This document shows positions 49,609 to 60,603 of a stretch of DNA of 64,000 nucleotides, piece by piece. Numbering within the stretch: position 1 is the first letter of the stretch; every line of letters starts with the position of its first letter. The stretch is from Gammaproteobacteria bacterium (GTDB lineage Bacteria; Pseudomonadota; Gammaproteobacteria; Eutrophobiales; Eutrophobiaceae), in NCBI GenBank assembly GCA_965243205.1, contig CBDEUK010000002.1, positions 1,555,689 through 1,619,688 on the forward strand, written 5' to 3'. Below the pieces are notes generated by a model. It saw only the letters and a list, made by a program, of their open reading frames with translations, was not told the origin of the DNA and searched no databases. Made by a program: the position numbers and the translations under genes.

Positions 49609-51278
49609 TACCCCTTATTTTCCCAAGTATCTCGTAAGGTAATAGTACGGTTAAATATTAAATTTTCTTCTGAGCTGTCTTTTGTATCTAAACAGAAATA
49701 ACCAACTCGTTCGAATTGATAACAACCGCTATGTTTACTTTCTTTAATACTCGGCTCAATTAATGCTTCTTCAATCACTTGCTTTGAATCAGGATTAATG
49801 TAACTAATCCATTCTTGTTCACTTGCTTCAGGCGCTTCAACATGAAACAGTCGATCATAAACGTTTACTTTAGCTTTTACCGCAGTATCTTCTGCCACCC
49901 AATGAATAATGCCTTTCACTTTACGACCGTCTGAAGTTTTGCCACCACCACTTTCTGGATCATAGGAACAATGTAACTCCATTATCTCTCCTTGATCGTT
50001 TTTGATTATTTCATCGCAACGGATCACATACGCATAACGTAAACGAACTTCTTTACCAGGTTTTAAACGAATATATTTTTTATTCGCTTCTTCACGAAAA
50101 TCATCACGGTCAATATAAACAACTTTGCTGAAAGGTATCTTTCGTTTACCCATTGCTTCATCATGTGGATGATTACTGGCTTCTATCCATTCAGTTTTAT
50201 CTTCAGGGTAATTAGTAATAATGATTTTTAATGGATCTAACACACCCATTATGCGTGGGCTTTCGATATTCAACTGTTCGCGTACTGAATTTTCTAACAC
50301 ACCTAATTCAATCACTGTATCGCTTTTGGTAATTCCTATTCGTTCGCAAAAATCCCTTAAGGCTGATGCAGGATAACCTCGACGACGGATGCCAGAGATA
50401 GTTGGCATTCGTGGATCGTTCCAACCATCAACTAAACCATCTTGTACTAATTGATTTAATTTACGTTTACTTAAAACTGTATAACTCAAGTTTAAACGGG
50501 CAAACTCTATTTGTTGTGGATGACATTGCACAGGCAATTGGTCCAAGAACCAATCATACAATGGACGATGATCTTCAAACTCTAAAGTACATAGCGAATG
50601 GGTAATATTTTCCAAGGCATCAGATATACAATGAGTATAATCATACATAGGGTAAATATGCCAAGCATCACCAGTACGATGATGAGTGGTATGCTTAATA
50701 CGATAAATTGCAGGATCTCGCATATTGATATTTGGTGAAGCCATATCGATCTTCGCACGTAATAAATGTTCACCCTCAGCAAACTTTCCTTGTTTCATTT
50801 GTTCGAAGAGTTGTAGATTTTCCTCAATACTTCGATCACGATAAGGACTGTTCTTACCAGGCGCATTTAATGTGCCGCGATATTCGCGAATCTCTTCGGC
50901 ATTTAAACTATCGACATAAGCCTTACCATCCTTGATTAAAAGAACAGCGAATTCATAAAGCTTTTCAAAATAATCAGAGGCATAAAACAATCGGTCTTCC
51001 CAATCGAAACCTAACCATTTCACATCTTCCTGAATCGAGTCGGTATATTCAGTATCTTCTTTATCAGGGTTGGTATCATCAAAACGTAAGTTGCAGACAC
51101 CATTAAAATCTTTGGCTATACCAAAATTTAAACAAATCGATTTAGCATGACCTAAATGCAGGTATCCATTTGGTTCAGGCGGGAAACGAGTATGAACTTT
51201 GCCATCGTTTTTTTGGTTTTCAACATCAATCGTTACAATTTTTCGAATAAAGTTACTGGTTTTATTTTCTGTTTCCAT
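49608..51278 (-). CDS. glnS: Glutaminyl-tRNA synthetase
   Basis: [18 protein letters not shown] (HIGH motif) and VLSKR (KMSKS-type motif). Confidence 0.95.
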   Translation of the reverse strand: METENKTSNFIRKIVTIDVENQKNDGKVHTRFPPEPNGYLHLGHAKSICLNFGIAKDFNGVCNLRFDDTNPDKEDTEYTDSIQEDVKWLGFDWEDRLFYASDYFEKLYEFAVLLIKDGKAYVDSLNAEEIREYRGTLNAPGKNSPYRDRSIEENLQLFEQMKQGKFAEGEHLLRAKIDMASPNINMRDPAIYRIKHTTHHRTGDAWHIYPMYDYTHCISDALENITHSLCTLEFEDHRPLYDWFLDQLPVQCHPQQIEFARLNLSYTVLSKRKLNQLVQDGLVDGWNDPRMPTISGIRRRGYPASALRDFCERIGITKSDTVIELGVLENSVREQLNIESPRIMGVLDPLKIIITNYPEDKTEWIEASNHPHDEAMGKRKIPFSKVVYIDRDDFREEANKKYIRLKPGKEVRLRYAYVIRCDEIIKNDQGEIMELHCSYDPESGGGKTSDGRKVKGIIHWVAEDTAVKAKVNVYDRLFHVEAPEASEQEWISYINPDSKQVIEEALIEPSIKESKHSGCYQFERVGYFCLDTKDSSEENLIFNRTITLRDTWENKG

Positions 51279-51296
51279 AAAATTCTTTACATAAAA

Positions 51297-52538
51297 TTAA
51301 AAATAATTGGGCGTCTTCAAGGTCTCTGGAATATCTCCAGCAAGACCCATTGCACGGCGCATAATACACTGCTTTATAGGTGTTAGTTGGTTAATCACAT
51401 TCATGCCTTGGTTACGGATTAATGGCAATGGAAATGTTTGATTACCATATAGCGACTTAAAGCCACTGAATACATTCATCATAAAAACATTTTCGCTACG
51501 ACGTTTTCGTTCATAGCGACGTAAATAACGTTTTAAACCAAAATCGCGTTGTTGTTTATACAACTGAATAATTTCCTCACTTAAGACTTCTGCATCCATC
51601 ACACCCAAATTAGCCCCTTGTCCAGCTAGTGGATGAACTCTATGAGCAGCATCTCCTACTAAAGCTATACGATGTTCACAGTATTGGGCTGCTTGAGCCG
51701 ATGATAAAGGAAACGTTTGACGCGAATAACAATTTATAACTTCACCTAAAATCGATTCATTTGCATGGGTCATCGTTTGACAAAAACTTTGTTCGTCCAT
51801 TTGTTTTAAATATTCAGCATTAGATTCTGTTGTTGACCAAACAAAACCACAGTAACTTTCATCATACAAAGGTAATAGTGCTAATATACCTTCTTCTAAA
51901 AATCGTTGTCTTGCTGTTTGTTGATGCGAATTTTCTGTTTTAACAACACCAGCAATTGCTATCTGCTCATAACTGTTAGATTCGAATGTAATCCCAGCCA
52001 GTTCACGAATCTTAGAGCGTGCTCCATCAGCACCAACTAATAATCTTGCTGTTAAGCTTTTACCATTATTTAAACTTAACGAAACATAATCATTCTCGAA
52101 ACTCGCTGTGTTGATTTCTGTTTCATCATAAACAAAAATATTATCTTGTTTTAATAGTTGTTCGTTTAAATATTTTTCTAAAACTAACTGTTCAACAATA
52201 TATCCAAGATACTTTTGTATTGTGTCGTTTGAATCGAATTCAACTCTTCCATCGCCCATTTCATCCCAAACGTGAATTTTATTAAACACCCCAATTTTAT
52301 CTTGAGGTAGTTGTTGCCAAACTCCGAGCCCAGATAGAATAATTTTAGAGACAGGTGTGATCGCTAATGTTCTAGGATCAATTTTTTTAACGTTATTAAA
52401 GTCTGTAGGGTGCTCTTCAATCATAGCAACATTAAGACCAGCATATGCCAAGCGTAATGCTAAGATAGAACCTACAATACCTGCACCGCATATAATGACG
52501 TCTATAGTCTCTTGGTTAAATGGTTTTGATTGGATCAT
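51297..52538 (-). CDS. ubiI: FAD-dependent ubiquinone biosynthesis hydroxylase (UbiI/VisC-like)
   Basis: GAGIVGSILAL and GDAAHRVHPLAGQGANLG. Synteny ubiH-ubiI. Confidence 0.75.
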   Translation of the reverse strand: MIQSKPFNQETIDVIICGAGIVGSILALRLAYAGLNVAMIEEHPTDFNNVKKIDPRTLAITPVSKIILSGLGVWQQLPQDKIGVFNKIHVWDEMGDGRVEFDSNDTIQKYLGYIVEQLVLEKYLNEQLLKQDNIFVYDETEINTASFENDYVSLSLNNGKSLTARLLVGADGARSKIRELAGITFESNSYEQIAIAGVVKTENSHQQTARQRFLEEGILALLPLYDESYCGFVWSTTESNAEYLKQMDEQSFCQTMTHANESILGEVINCYSRQTFPLSSAQAAQYCEHRIALVGDAAHRVHPLAGQGANLGVMDAEVLSEEIIQLYKQQRDFGLKRYLRRYERKRRSENVFMMNVFSGFKSLYGNQTFPLPLIRNQGMNVINQLTPIKQCIMRRAMGLAGDIPETLKTPNYF

Positions 52539-53770
52539 AACGATTGTTTAACCATTGTTGCTTGTTCACCATATAATCCCATTGCCCGTAACATTAAAGA
52601 ATGTTTTAAAACTGGGACATGTTCAACAGCTGCCATACCTAAGGATCGAAAAGATTGTTTTAAAATATTTTCATTATAGAACAAACTCGCTAAGCCATCG
52701 GTAAAACGAATAACACTATCTTGATCTTTTTTTCGTAAATTAACGTACTGATCAAGTAATTTTATATCATTGATAGCTTGTTTATTCTCTATAGCATTAA
52801 TTAATTGCTCTGCTAATACTGCAACATCCCTTAAACCTAAGTTAAATCCTTGGGCCGCGTTAGGATGAATCGTATGAGACGAGTTCCCCAATAAAAGTAC
52901 ATGCTGAATATACTGTTGCTCAGAGACTAATAATTTTAATGGATAGGCTTTACGAGTGCCCAATCGTAAAAACTTACCTAATCTACGACCAAACCGTTTA
53001 CTTGCAGATTTTAAAAACACTTCATCAGGCAAATTCAAATAATATTCAACCTCGTCAGAATTTACACAAAACACCATGCCAAACTCATTTACAGTTGGTC
53101 TAGGCAATAGTGCGAATGGACCTGATGAACTAAAACGTTCATAAGCAGTAAAATCATGTGCTAATTCCGTTTGCACATTAGAAACAATCGCATGTTGATG
53201 ATAATTTTTTTCAGTTATCGTAAAACCTATCTGCTCTCTAAATTGAGAGTTAGAACCATCAGCAAGAATTAATAGACGACTTTTTATTAAATGCCTTTTA
53301 CCTGATGATTCTAATTCTACTTCAACTTGCTCAGCATTTTGAGAAACCGTACATACGGTTGCCGGGCAAATTAAGTTTAATCGTGAATGATGATTGGCCA
53401 ATTCCTTATGCAATAAGGAACCTAAATCTTTTGCCTTTAAAGAATAAGCAAGCGCATCAAGTCTTAATGATTTTGAATCTAAAAAAACGTTACCAAATCG
53501 ATTTTCTTCACTGATATAAATTTTCCTAATCGGTGTAATGTCCGTATGAAAATTTTCCCAAAGATTTTGTTTTTGGAAAATATTTTTGCTGGCTTGAGAT
53601 AAAACTAAATTTCGATCATCAAAACTACTTTCACTACTGATATTAAATTCATGCGATTCGATTAAAGCAATTTTTAAATTGGTATTGCGTAAAAAAACTG
53701 CAAGCGCAGAACCAATCATGCCAGCGCCGACGATGATAAGATCAAAATCTTCTGAAAAGTCTTCTGACAT
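52535..53770 (-). CDS. ubiH: 2-octaprenyl-6-methoxyphenol hydroxylase (UbiH-like)
   Basis: GAGMIGSALAV and GNSSHTIHPNAAQGFNLG. Synteny pepP-ubiH. Confidence 0.75.
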   Translation of the reverse strand: MSEDFSEDFDLIIVGAGMIGSALAVFLRNTNLKIALIESHEFNISSESSFDDRNLVLSQASKNIFQKQNLWENFHTDITPIRKIYISEENRFGNVFLDSKSLRLDALAYSLKAKDLGSLLHKELANHHSRLNLICPATVCTVSQNAEQVEVELESSGKRHLIKSRLLILADGSNSQFREQIGFTITEKNYHQHAIVSNVQTELAHDFTAYERFSSSGPFALLPRPTVNEFGMVFCVNSDEVEYYLNLPDEVFLKSASKRFGRRLGKFLRLGTRKAYPLKLLVSEQQYIQHVLLLGNSSHTIHPNAAQGFNLGLRDVAVLAEQLINAIENKQAINDIKLLDQYVNLRKKDQDSVIRFTDGLASLFYNENILKQSFRSLGMAAVEHVPVLKHSLMLRAMGLYGEQATMVKQSL

Positions 53771-53791
53771 TATGAATAGAATTAAAGAAAG

Positions 53792-55123
53792 TTAAGCTGC
53801 TTGGCTTTCGTACATTAGATTTTCGATGTCTTCGATGGTTTTTGGCGCATCTTTACTTAAAACATCATAACCATCTTTGGTTACGAGCACATCATCTTCG
53901 ATACGAATCCCTATATTCCACCACCGTTTATTCAAGCCTTTGGTTCCTTTTGGCAAATAAAGACCAGGTTCAACAGTGAGTACCATACCTGGTTCTAAGG
54001 TACGCCAATCACCTTCTATTTTATAATCGCCCACATCATGCACATCCATGCCTAACCAATGCCCCGTACGATGCATGTAATATTGCGCATAAACTTTATC
54101 TTTCATTAAGCTTTTTAAACGACCTTTTAAAATACCTGCATCTAATAGTCCGCGGGTTAACACTTCAGTCGCAGCGATATGTGGATCATTCCAATGATTG
54201 CCTGGCTGCACTTGTTCTATCGCGGCTAACTGCGCTTCTAAAACAATTTCATAAATAATCGCTTGTTCTTCAGTAAATTCTCCATTCACGGGAAAGCTAC
54301 GGGTGATATCACTGGCATAACCTTGATATTCACAACCCGCGTCGATTAAAACCACATCTCCGTCATTCAGAACCTGATTATTATTAACATAATGCAGGAT
54401 ACAGGCATTAGCTCCACCACCAACAATCGCAGGGTATGCTGAATCTCTCGCACCTGCTTGATGGAAATCATGATTGAGTTCAGATTCCAGTTGGTATTCC
54501 ATCATGCCTGGTCGACACATTTGCATCGCCCTTATATGAGCCTTTGCAGAAATCTTTGCAGCCTTTCGCATCAGTTTTATTTCATGGCGACTTTTGTATA
54601 ACCGCATCTCATGTAAAAAATGATTAGGGGAAATAATTTCATCAGGTGCATGCACGCCTGTTCTAGAACGTTCTCTAACTTGATTGACCCAACCCACGAC
54701 TTTTTGATCAAATAAACGATCATTGCCTATGTTAAAAAACAGTCGTTCTGTGTTTTCAATAAGCCCAGGCAAAATATCATCGAGATCGCTGATCGGAAAA
54801 GCATCATCAGCGCCATAATATTCACACACACCTTCAATACCGGCACGAGGACCATTCCATACCTCCATCGTAGGATCCCGTTCGCGACAAAACATCACAA
54901 ACTCACCACGTTCACGGTTAGGCAATAAGACAGCAACTGCTTCGGGTTCATCGAATCCCGTTAGATAATAAAAATCACTGTCGGCACGGAATGGGTATTC
55001 AACATCCCGATTACGCATACGTACAGGAGATGTTGGAATGATGGCTATGCTATCTTCTCCCATCATATCCATTAGTTTTTTACGACGGCGTTTGTATTCT
55101 TTAGCTGATGTAGTATCTATCAA
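53792..55123 (-). CDS. pepP: Xaa-Pro aminopeptidase
   Basis: M24 metal ligands (DAGCEYQGYASDITRS, HRTGHWLGMDVHD). Confidence 0.9.
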   Translation of the reverse strand: MIDTTSAKEYKRRRKKLMDMMGEDSIAIIPTSPVRMRNRDVEYPFRADSDFYYLTGFDEPEAVAVLLPNRERGEFVMFCRERDPTMEVWNGPRAGIEGVCEYYGADDAFPISDLDDILPGLIENTERLFFNIGNDRLFDQKVVGWVNQVRERSRTGVHAPDEIISPNHFLHEMRLYKSRHEIKLMRKAAKISAKAHIRAMQMCRPGMMEYQLESELNHDFHQAGARDSAYPAIVGGGANACILHYVNNNQVLNDGDVVLIDAGCEYQGYASDITRSFPVNGEFTEEQAIIYEIVLEAQLAAIEQVQPGNHWNDPHIAATEVLTRGLLDAGILKGRLKSLMKDKVYAQYYMHRTGHWLGMDVHDVGDYKIEGDWRTLEPGMVLTVEPGLYLPKGTKGLNKRWWNIGIRIEDDVLVTKDGYDVLSKDAPKTIEDIENLMYESQAA

Positions 55124-55680
55124 TGTATTATCTCAGGAGTTTCATGTTCACTATTGATCAAACTGAATTCATCATAGATGTATAACACACCCACTCGCAC
55201 ATATTCCGATAATTCAGTGAATGAGACTTCGGATTCTTCATCGTCTTGATCATCATCTGCCGATAAACGGCATATCTTATAAAAATCACCAATAATATCG
55301 TGGCATTGCGCCGATAATGCCTGCCAATTAGTTTGTCCTACAACGCCTAAACCACTTAAAAAGCCCTGACACCATTCGGCTAACGAAGCACTGCGTTCGA
55401 CGAGCGAATATCTATCCTCAGGAATCAGTAAATTAAAGCCAAAATCCTGATCGGATAACTGTTCACGAATATCTTCAGCAAGTGCAGCAAACGCTGCCAG
55501 GCATTCTTGAATAGATTCTTGGGAATTATCAGTTTCAGCAAGGAAATACTCCATCACCATATCTTCGGTAATTTTATCAGCAACACAAAGGTAGCCTGAA
55601 AGAAACCCATGTGCTTCGGAAGTTGGCATCGGTATACCAAACCGATCCAACATATCTTCAAGATCATCAAAACCAATCAT
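55120..55680 (-). CDS. ygfB: UPF0149/YgfB-family protein
   Basis: Position upstream of pepP. Acidic 186-aa protein. 4-nt overlap with pepP. Confidence 0.7.
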   Translation of the reverse strand: MIGFDDLEDMLDRFGIPMPTSEAHGFLSGYLCVADKITEDMVMEYFLAETDNSQESIQECLAAFAALAEDIREQLSDQDFGFNLLIPEDRYSLVERSASLAEWCQGFLSGLGVVGQTNWQALSAQCHDIIGDFYKICRLSADDDQDDEESEVSFTELSEYVRVGVLYIYDEFSLINSEHETPEIIH

Positions 55681-55885
55681 AATTATCGTTTTATTAAGAA
55701 AAATGCTCCAAAAAAGTAAGTTTTTAGCTGCTTTTCTGCATTAATTCGTTGATCTATCAACAGATGGTAACTTAAATAGCTATAGCCGCTTGACCACTAC
55801 ATAACACAGCTCTATATTGAACAGCTAATCATAAACGAAGCACTGGACTTGTGCATCCACTGAACTGTACATATGGTGATGAAGA

Positions 55886-56110
55886 ATGGCTGAAAACAAT
55901 AAAGAAACCATGGAATTGAGCGCTCTTGAGACAAGAGTTGATGAGTTAATCAAAACTGTTGAAGAACTCAAGACTGAAAATTCTGCCTTAAAAAATCAAC
56001 AAGAATCGTTAGTTAGCGAACGCGCAATTCTCATTGAAAAAACCGAGCAAGCTAGAACTCGAATTGAATCTATGATTGGTCGACTTAGAGCCATGGAAAC
56101 TCGCACATGA
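55886..56110 (+). CDS. ZapB-like coiled-coil protein (TIGR02449-type), translationally coupled to zapA
   Basis: 74-aa leucine-zipper-like protein. LETRVDELIKTVEELKTENSALK and the C-terminal IGRLRAME resemble ZapB (LEAKVQQAIDTI..LKEKNNSL, LLGRMEEV). Overlaps zapA by 4 nt. Confidence 0.5.
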   Translation: MAENNKETMELSALETRVDELIKTVEELKTENSALKNQQESLVSERAILIEKTEQARTRIESMIGRLRAMETRT

Positions 56111-56421
56111 GTGACAGCACCTCTCCTGTAAATATCACTATCCTCGATAAAGAATATCTGATTTCTTGTACTGAAGAAGAACGCGAACAACTCCATGAAG
56201 CTGTTGGTATTTTAAATAATAAAATATCACAGGTTAAAGATAGTGGTAATGTCATTGGTAGCGAAAGAATGGCAGTCATGGCGGCTCTGAATATTGCCCA
56301 TGAATTGATTGCATACAAACAAAAAAATCAGGTCTATACTTCTAAATTAGACGACACGATTCGTCGTCTGCAAAACAAAATACATAGTGCCTTAGGAAAA
56401 GGCGAACAATTGGAAATTTAG
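56107..56421 (+). CDS. zapA: Cell division protein ZapA
   Basis: VNITILDKEYLISCTEEEREQLHEAVGILNNKI...ERMAVMAALNIAHEL matches the ZapA pattern. Followed by 6S RNA, as in other gammaproteobacteria. Confidence 0.8.
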   Translation: MSDSTSPVNITILDKEYLISCTEEEREQLHEAVGILNNKISQVKDSGNVIGSERMAVMAALNIAHELIAYKQKNQVYTSKLDDTIRRLQNKIHSALGKGEQLEI

Positions 56422-56504
56422 CCAAACAGAAGTATTTAATCTCTGTTAGTCAAAGCACTAACAGCATGACAATAGTTTAATCTTACTGTCACCCGTTTTT
56501 AACG

Positions 56505-56712
56505 GATGCTCAGTAGACTCTCAGTTTGGGTATTTGCTACGGTGCTCGTTAACTGGCCTTAAGTACTTGAGCCGATACGCGATAACCAAGGGAATTTATC
56601 ACGATGTTGTTGTGCATGTCCTTAGCTGGAAAGCCTGATACGTCGTCAACTGTTCCCACTTGAACTTCTGGTTCAAGTCGTAAGCCAAGGCGACACCGTG
56701 GTGGTACCCCCC
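56505..56712 (+). ncRNA. ssrS: 6S RNA (SsrS)
   Basis: Conserved blocks CTCTCAGTTTGGGTATTTGC, GAGCCGATA and CTTGAACTTCTGGTTCAAG align to E. coli 6S RNA. The closing stem is GGGTA..CTACGGTG / CACCGTGGTGGTACCC. Ends are approximate. Confidence 0.6.
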
Positions 56713-56719
56713 TAATTTC

Positions 56720-58267
56720 CTAACTCAGAAATATCTGATAGGCAGAATTATCAGATTCGTCCCAGTATTTAATTCCAAGTCCATCTAAAAACTCTTGAAA
56801 CTGATCGAGTTCATCTTCTAACACTTGTATACCCATTAACACCCGACCATAAGCAGCACCATGATTTCGGTAATGGAATAAACTGATATTCCAACGCTCA
56901 CCTAATTGCGTTAAGAAGTGTAATAGTGCTCCTGAACGTTCTGGAAATTCAAATCTATATAGCCTTTCGTTTTCGGCTTGTGGTGCTTGTCCACCCACCA
57001 TGTAACGCACGTGCATCTTGGCTACTTGATCATTACTCAGATCAGCTACTTCAAAACCTTTATCTTGTAGTTGATTTAACAATGCATTTTTTTCTTCTAC
57101 GCCGTTTTTCAATTGTACGCCGGCAAATACATGTGCAGTCTGATTATCCGCGTATCGATAATTAAATTCGGTAATTAATCTAGGGCCTAAAGCATGACAA
57201 AAAGCTTTAAAACTACCGGGTTTTTCTGGAATAGTTGCAGCGAGCAAAGCTTCTTTTTGTTCGCCTAATGCTGAAAGCTCAGCAATGTGTCGTAAGCGAT
57301 CAAAGTTAACATTGGCTCCACTAAAGACTGCAGCCAAACGTTTATTCGTTAAACTCTCACGTGCTACATATTGTTTTAAACCTGCTAATGCTAAAGCACC
57401 AGCCGGTTCGGGAATCGATCTTGTATCTTCAAAAATATCTTTCACTGCTGCACAGATCTCATCAACACTGACCAATATAACTTCGTCGACCAATTCTTTA
57501 GCGATTCGAAACGGTTCAACTCCAGCTTGTTTTACTGCAGCACCATCTGCAAAAATACCGATTTGAGGTAATACAACCCGTTCATTCGCTGCAATCGCCG
57601 CATGCATGCAAGGAGCTTCATCGGGCTCAACACCTATGATACGAATGTTTGGATTTTGCTGTTTTAAATAAACCGACATACCAGCAATCAAACCACCGCC
57701 ACCAACAGGAATAAATACGATATCTGGATCAGAATTTAGCTGTTGTAATAGTTCTACCGCTACTGTTGCCTGACCGGCGATCACTTTTGGATGATCGTAT
57801 GGAGGAATATAACTTTTACCTTGCTGCTGAGATAGTACACTCGCATGTTCCTTCGCTTCGTCGTAATTATTACCATGTAATACGGTATGGCCGCCTAAAC
57901 GCTGTACAGACGAAACTTTTATTTCTGGCGTCGTTTTCGGCATTACAATCGTTGCATCAATGCCCAAACGATTCGCTGATAATGCAACCCCTTGAGCATG
58001 ATTACCTGCAGATGCAGTTACCACGCCTTTTGCACGTTCCTCATCACTTAAAGAGACGATTAAATTGTATGCCCCACGTAATTTATAGGAAAAAACAGGT
58101 TGCTGATCTTCACGCTTAAGCCAAATATCATTTTTTAAGCGTTCCGATAACACCGGGGCAAAATTTAAGTCGGTTTTTATAGCAACGTCGTAAACTCTCT
58201 CCGTTGCCTTGGCAATTAATTCTTTGTATTCATCAAACATAGGCATAAGATAACAAGCATTGTCCAT
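56720..58267 (-). CDS. ilvA: Threonine dehydratase, biosynthetic
   Basis: PLP site [14 protein letters not shown] loop, and two C-terminal ACT-like domains. 515 aa. Confidence 0.95.
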   Translation of the reverse strand: MDNACYLMPMFDEYKELIAKATERVYDVAIKTDLNFAPVLSERLKNDIWLKREDQQPVFSYKLRGAYNLIVSLSDEERAKGVVTASAGNHAQGVALSANRLGIDATIVMPKTTPEIKVSSVQRLGGHTVLHGNNYDEAKEHASVLSQQQGKSYIPPYDHPKVIAGQATVAVELLQQLNSDPDIVFIPVGGGGLIAGMSVYLKQQNPNIRIIGVEPDEAPCMHAAIAANERVVLPQIGIFADGAAVKQAGVEPFRIAKELVDEVILVSVDEICAAVKDIFEDTRSIPEPAGALALAGLKQYVARESLTNKRLAAVFSGANVNFDRLRHIAELSALGEQKEALLAATIPEKPGSFKAFCHALGPRLITEFNYRYADNQTAHVFAGVQLKNGVEEKNALLNQLQDKGFEVADLSNDQVAKMHVRYMVGGQAPQAENERLYRFEFPERSGALLHFLTQLGERWNISLFHYRNHGAAYGRVLMGIQVLEDELDQFQEFLDGLGIKYWDESDNSAYQIFLS

Positions 58268-58290
58268 TTCGCATAGCTATCATAATCAAT

Positions 58291-58947
58291 ATGAATCAAG
58301 ACGAACTAAAAAAAGAAGTTGCTAAAGTGGCTGTCGACTATATTACTGACGATAGCATTGTTGGTGTAGGCACTGGCAGCACAGTGAACTTTTTTATCGA
58401 AGAACTCGCAAAAATCAAGCATCGTATTGAAGGCGCTGTATCCAGCTCTGAAGCAACAGAAACTTTACTCAAAAAACATAACATACCTGTTTACGAATTA
58501 AACTCTGTCATGGAATTACCCATCTATATAGATGGCGCTGACGAAGCGACTGAACACCGTCACTTGATTAAAGGTGGGGGTGGAGCATTGACCCGCGAAA
58601 AAATAGTACGCGCTGTCAGCCGTAAATTTATCTGTATTATGGATGAATCTAAACTAGTTGGAACCTTAGGTGCCTTCCCACTTCCGGTTGAAGTCATTCC
58701 GATGGCTCGATCCTATGTCAGCCGTGAACTCGCAAAACTTGGCGGTCAACCTAAATTACGAGAAGGATTTATTTCTGATAACGGCAATGAAATTGTTGAT
58801 GTGCATAACTTGAAAATACTGGATCCTATTGAACTTGAAACAAAAATTAACCAAATCCCTGGGGTTGTGACCAACGGCTTATTTGCACTAAACCCGGCAA
58901 CAGAACTGGTTATTGGGACAAAATCCGGCATAAAAACAATCAATTAG
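58291..58947 (+). CDS. rpiA: Ribose-5-phosphate isomerase A
   Basis: VGVGTGST and DGADE motifs. 218 aa. Confidence 0.95.
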   Translation: MNQDELKKEVAKVAVDYITDDSIVGVGTGSTVNFFIEELAKIKHRIEGAVSSSEATETLLKKHNIPVYELNSVMELPIYIDGADEATEHRHLIKGGGGALTREKIVRAVSRKFICIMDESKLVGTLGAFPLPVEVIPMARSYVSRELAKLGGQPKLREGFISDNGNEIVDVHNLKILDPIELETKINQIPGVVTNGLFALNPATELVIGTKSGIKTIN

Positions 58948-59164
58948 TGGTGTTCGTACGTAATTTTGTTTAACATATTATTCTAGAAAACGACAATTTT
59001 AAGGTTGAGGAAATAATCTGTGGCTTTTTATCTAGTTTACTTACTCGCAATCATAGTAATTATTTTGCATTACACCGGTTGGTTAAGACGCCATAACCTT
59101 GAATGGATTGTTTTTGTCATGGCCATCGCTATTTTCCCTGCAATGATATTTTTATAACTGTTCA

Positions 59165-59602
59165 ATGATTGGGCTTTTGCAACGCGTGACAGAAGCCTCT
59201 GTTACGGTTGAAAGCCAAGTTATCGGTGAAATCAAAACAGGTATATTAGTACTGGTTGGTGTTGAAAAACACGACACTGAACAACAAGCCGAGCAACTTC
59301 TTCACAAACTTCTTAATTACCGAATTTTCCCTGACCAAGGTGGGAAAATGAATCTCTCCGTTAAAGATATAAAGGGTGGTTTATTACTCGTCTCACAATT
59401 CACCCTCGTTGCCGATACTCAAAAAGGTTTACGGCCTAGCTTTAGCTCAGGCGCAACTCCTGAACATGGAAAAAAGTTATACGATTATTTAGTTTCAAAA
59501 GCTCAACAAGAACATCATGAAGTTGCGACAGGTGAATTTGCAGCGGATATGAAAGTGAGTTTGTGTAACGATGGACCAGTTACTTTTTATTTAAAAGTGT
59601 AG
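59165..59602 (+). CDS. dtd: D-aminoacyl-tRNA deacylase
   Basis: MIGLLQRV and the SQFTL motif. 145 aa. Confidence 0.9.
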   Translation: MIGLLQRVTEASVTVESQVIGEIKTGILVLVGVEKHDTEQQAEQLLHKLLNYRIFPDQGGKMNLSVKDIKGGLLLVSQFTLVADTQKGLRPSFSSGATPEHGKKLYDYLVSKAQQEHHEVATGEFAADMKVSLCNDGPVTFYLKV

Positions 59603-59622
59603 TTCCATACATATAATCACAT

Positions 59623-60327
59623 ATGATAATCGGTAATATAGAAATCTTTATCGATAAATCATTCCCGTATAACAGACTATTAGGTAAGAGTAAGACTATG
59701 TGGGGTAATGAAATACAAAAGCAAGAGTTCGGTAAACTTTGGCCATTGTGGTATGGGGATAGTGATGAACGAAACTATCGAGATGCTATAAAGCCACTTA
59801 CAAAGCTCAGTGACCTAGGTTATGCACCTGCTCAGTTCGTATTGGGCAATGCGTATTTACATGCTGATGGTGTGCGGCGTAACTATGAAAAATCATATAA
59901 ATATATTACCGCCTCTGCGGAGCAAGGCTTTCCCGCTGCAGAAGGTACTCTTGGCACCTTTTATTCAATGGTCGAACCTAAACAAAGTGTTTGTCCACAT
60001 GATGATGCTGAGGCAGTTAAGTGGTATCAACGTGCGGCTAAGCAAGGTAATGCTCCATCCATGTACAACCTTGCCAACAAATATCATTCGGGATTAGGCG
60101 TTGCTGAAGATATCTATGAAGCATATGTGTGGGCTAGTCTTGCATCTCAACTTTCAAAGATACGATTTCGTCCCGCCGAAGGGCTCCGAGACCAAACAGC
60201 GAACAAACTTAGTTCGGAACAACTTACCCTTGCTAACCATCAAATTGAGCAGTTAACTGAAACTGTATTAAAACCATGGTCAGATCCTAGAGAATATTGG
60301 CAGAGCTTATGGAAACAAACCTTGTAG
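59623..60327 (+). CDS. Sel1-repeat (TPR-like) protein
   Basis: Three Sel1-like repeats (GNAYLHADGVRRNYEKS.., AVKWYQRAAKQGNAPSMYNLANKYHSGLGV..). The true start may be the internal MWGNE. Confidence 0.65.
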   Translation: MIIGNIEIFIDKSFPYNRLLGKSKTMWGNEIQKQEFGKLWPLWYGDSDERNYRDAIKPLTKLSDLGYAPAQFVLGNAYLHADGVRRNYEKSYKYITASAEQGFPAAEGTLGTFYSMVEPKQSVCPHDDAEAVKWYQRAAKQGNAPSMYNLANKYHSGLGVAEDIYEAYVWASLASQLSKIRFRPAEGLRDQTANKLSSEQLTLANHQIEQLTETVLKPWSDPREYWQSLWKQTL

Positions 60328-60428
60328 TTAAATGGTTAGCTCTGTAAAACACATAACAAATCACTCCAGCGTTAACTAATACACTCTCGCTGCCACATAA
60401 ATTTTCTGTGGGAAAAGAATTTAAAAGA

Positions 60429-60599
60429 TCACATTAAATAAAACGCCAATAAGAAACATAAAACAATAATTAATATCCCTATAAGACCATCATTTTTTTT
60501 ATTTTGATTTTTTTTAAATGAATTTTTATAAACCCAAGACAACGATAAAAAAATAATAATAACGGCAATTGTGGCTACGAGTCTTACGTTCTCGTTCAT
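60429..60599 (-). CDS. Unannotated small membrane protein candidate (56 aa)
   Basis: ORF below the track cutoff, starting 4 nt after the hemF stop: MNENVRLVATIAVIIIFLSLSWVYKNSFKKNQNKKNDGLIGILIIVLCFLLAFYLM. Two hydrophobic helices joined by a Lys-rich loop. Confidence 0.25.
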   Translation of the reverse strand: MNENVRLVATIAVIIIFLSLSWVYKNSFKKNQNKKNDGLIGILIIVLCFLLAFYLM

Positions 60600-60603
60600 A
60601 ACT

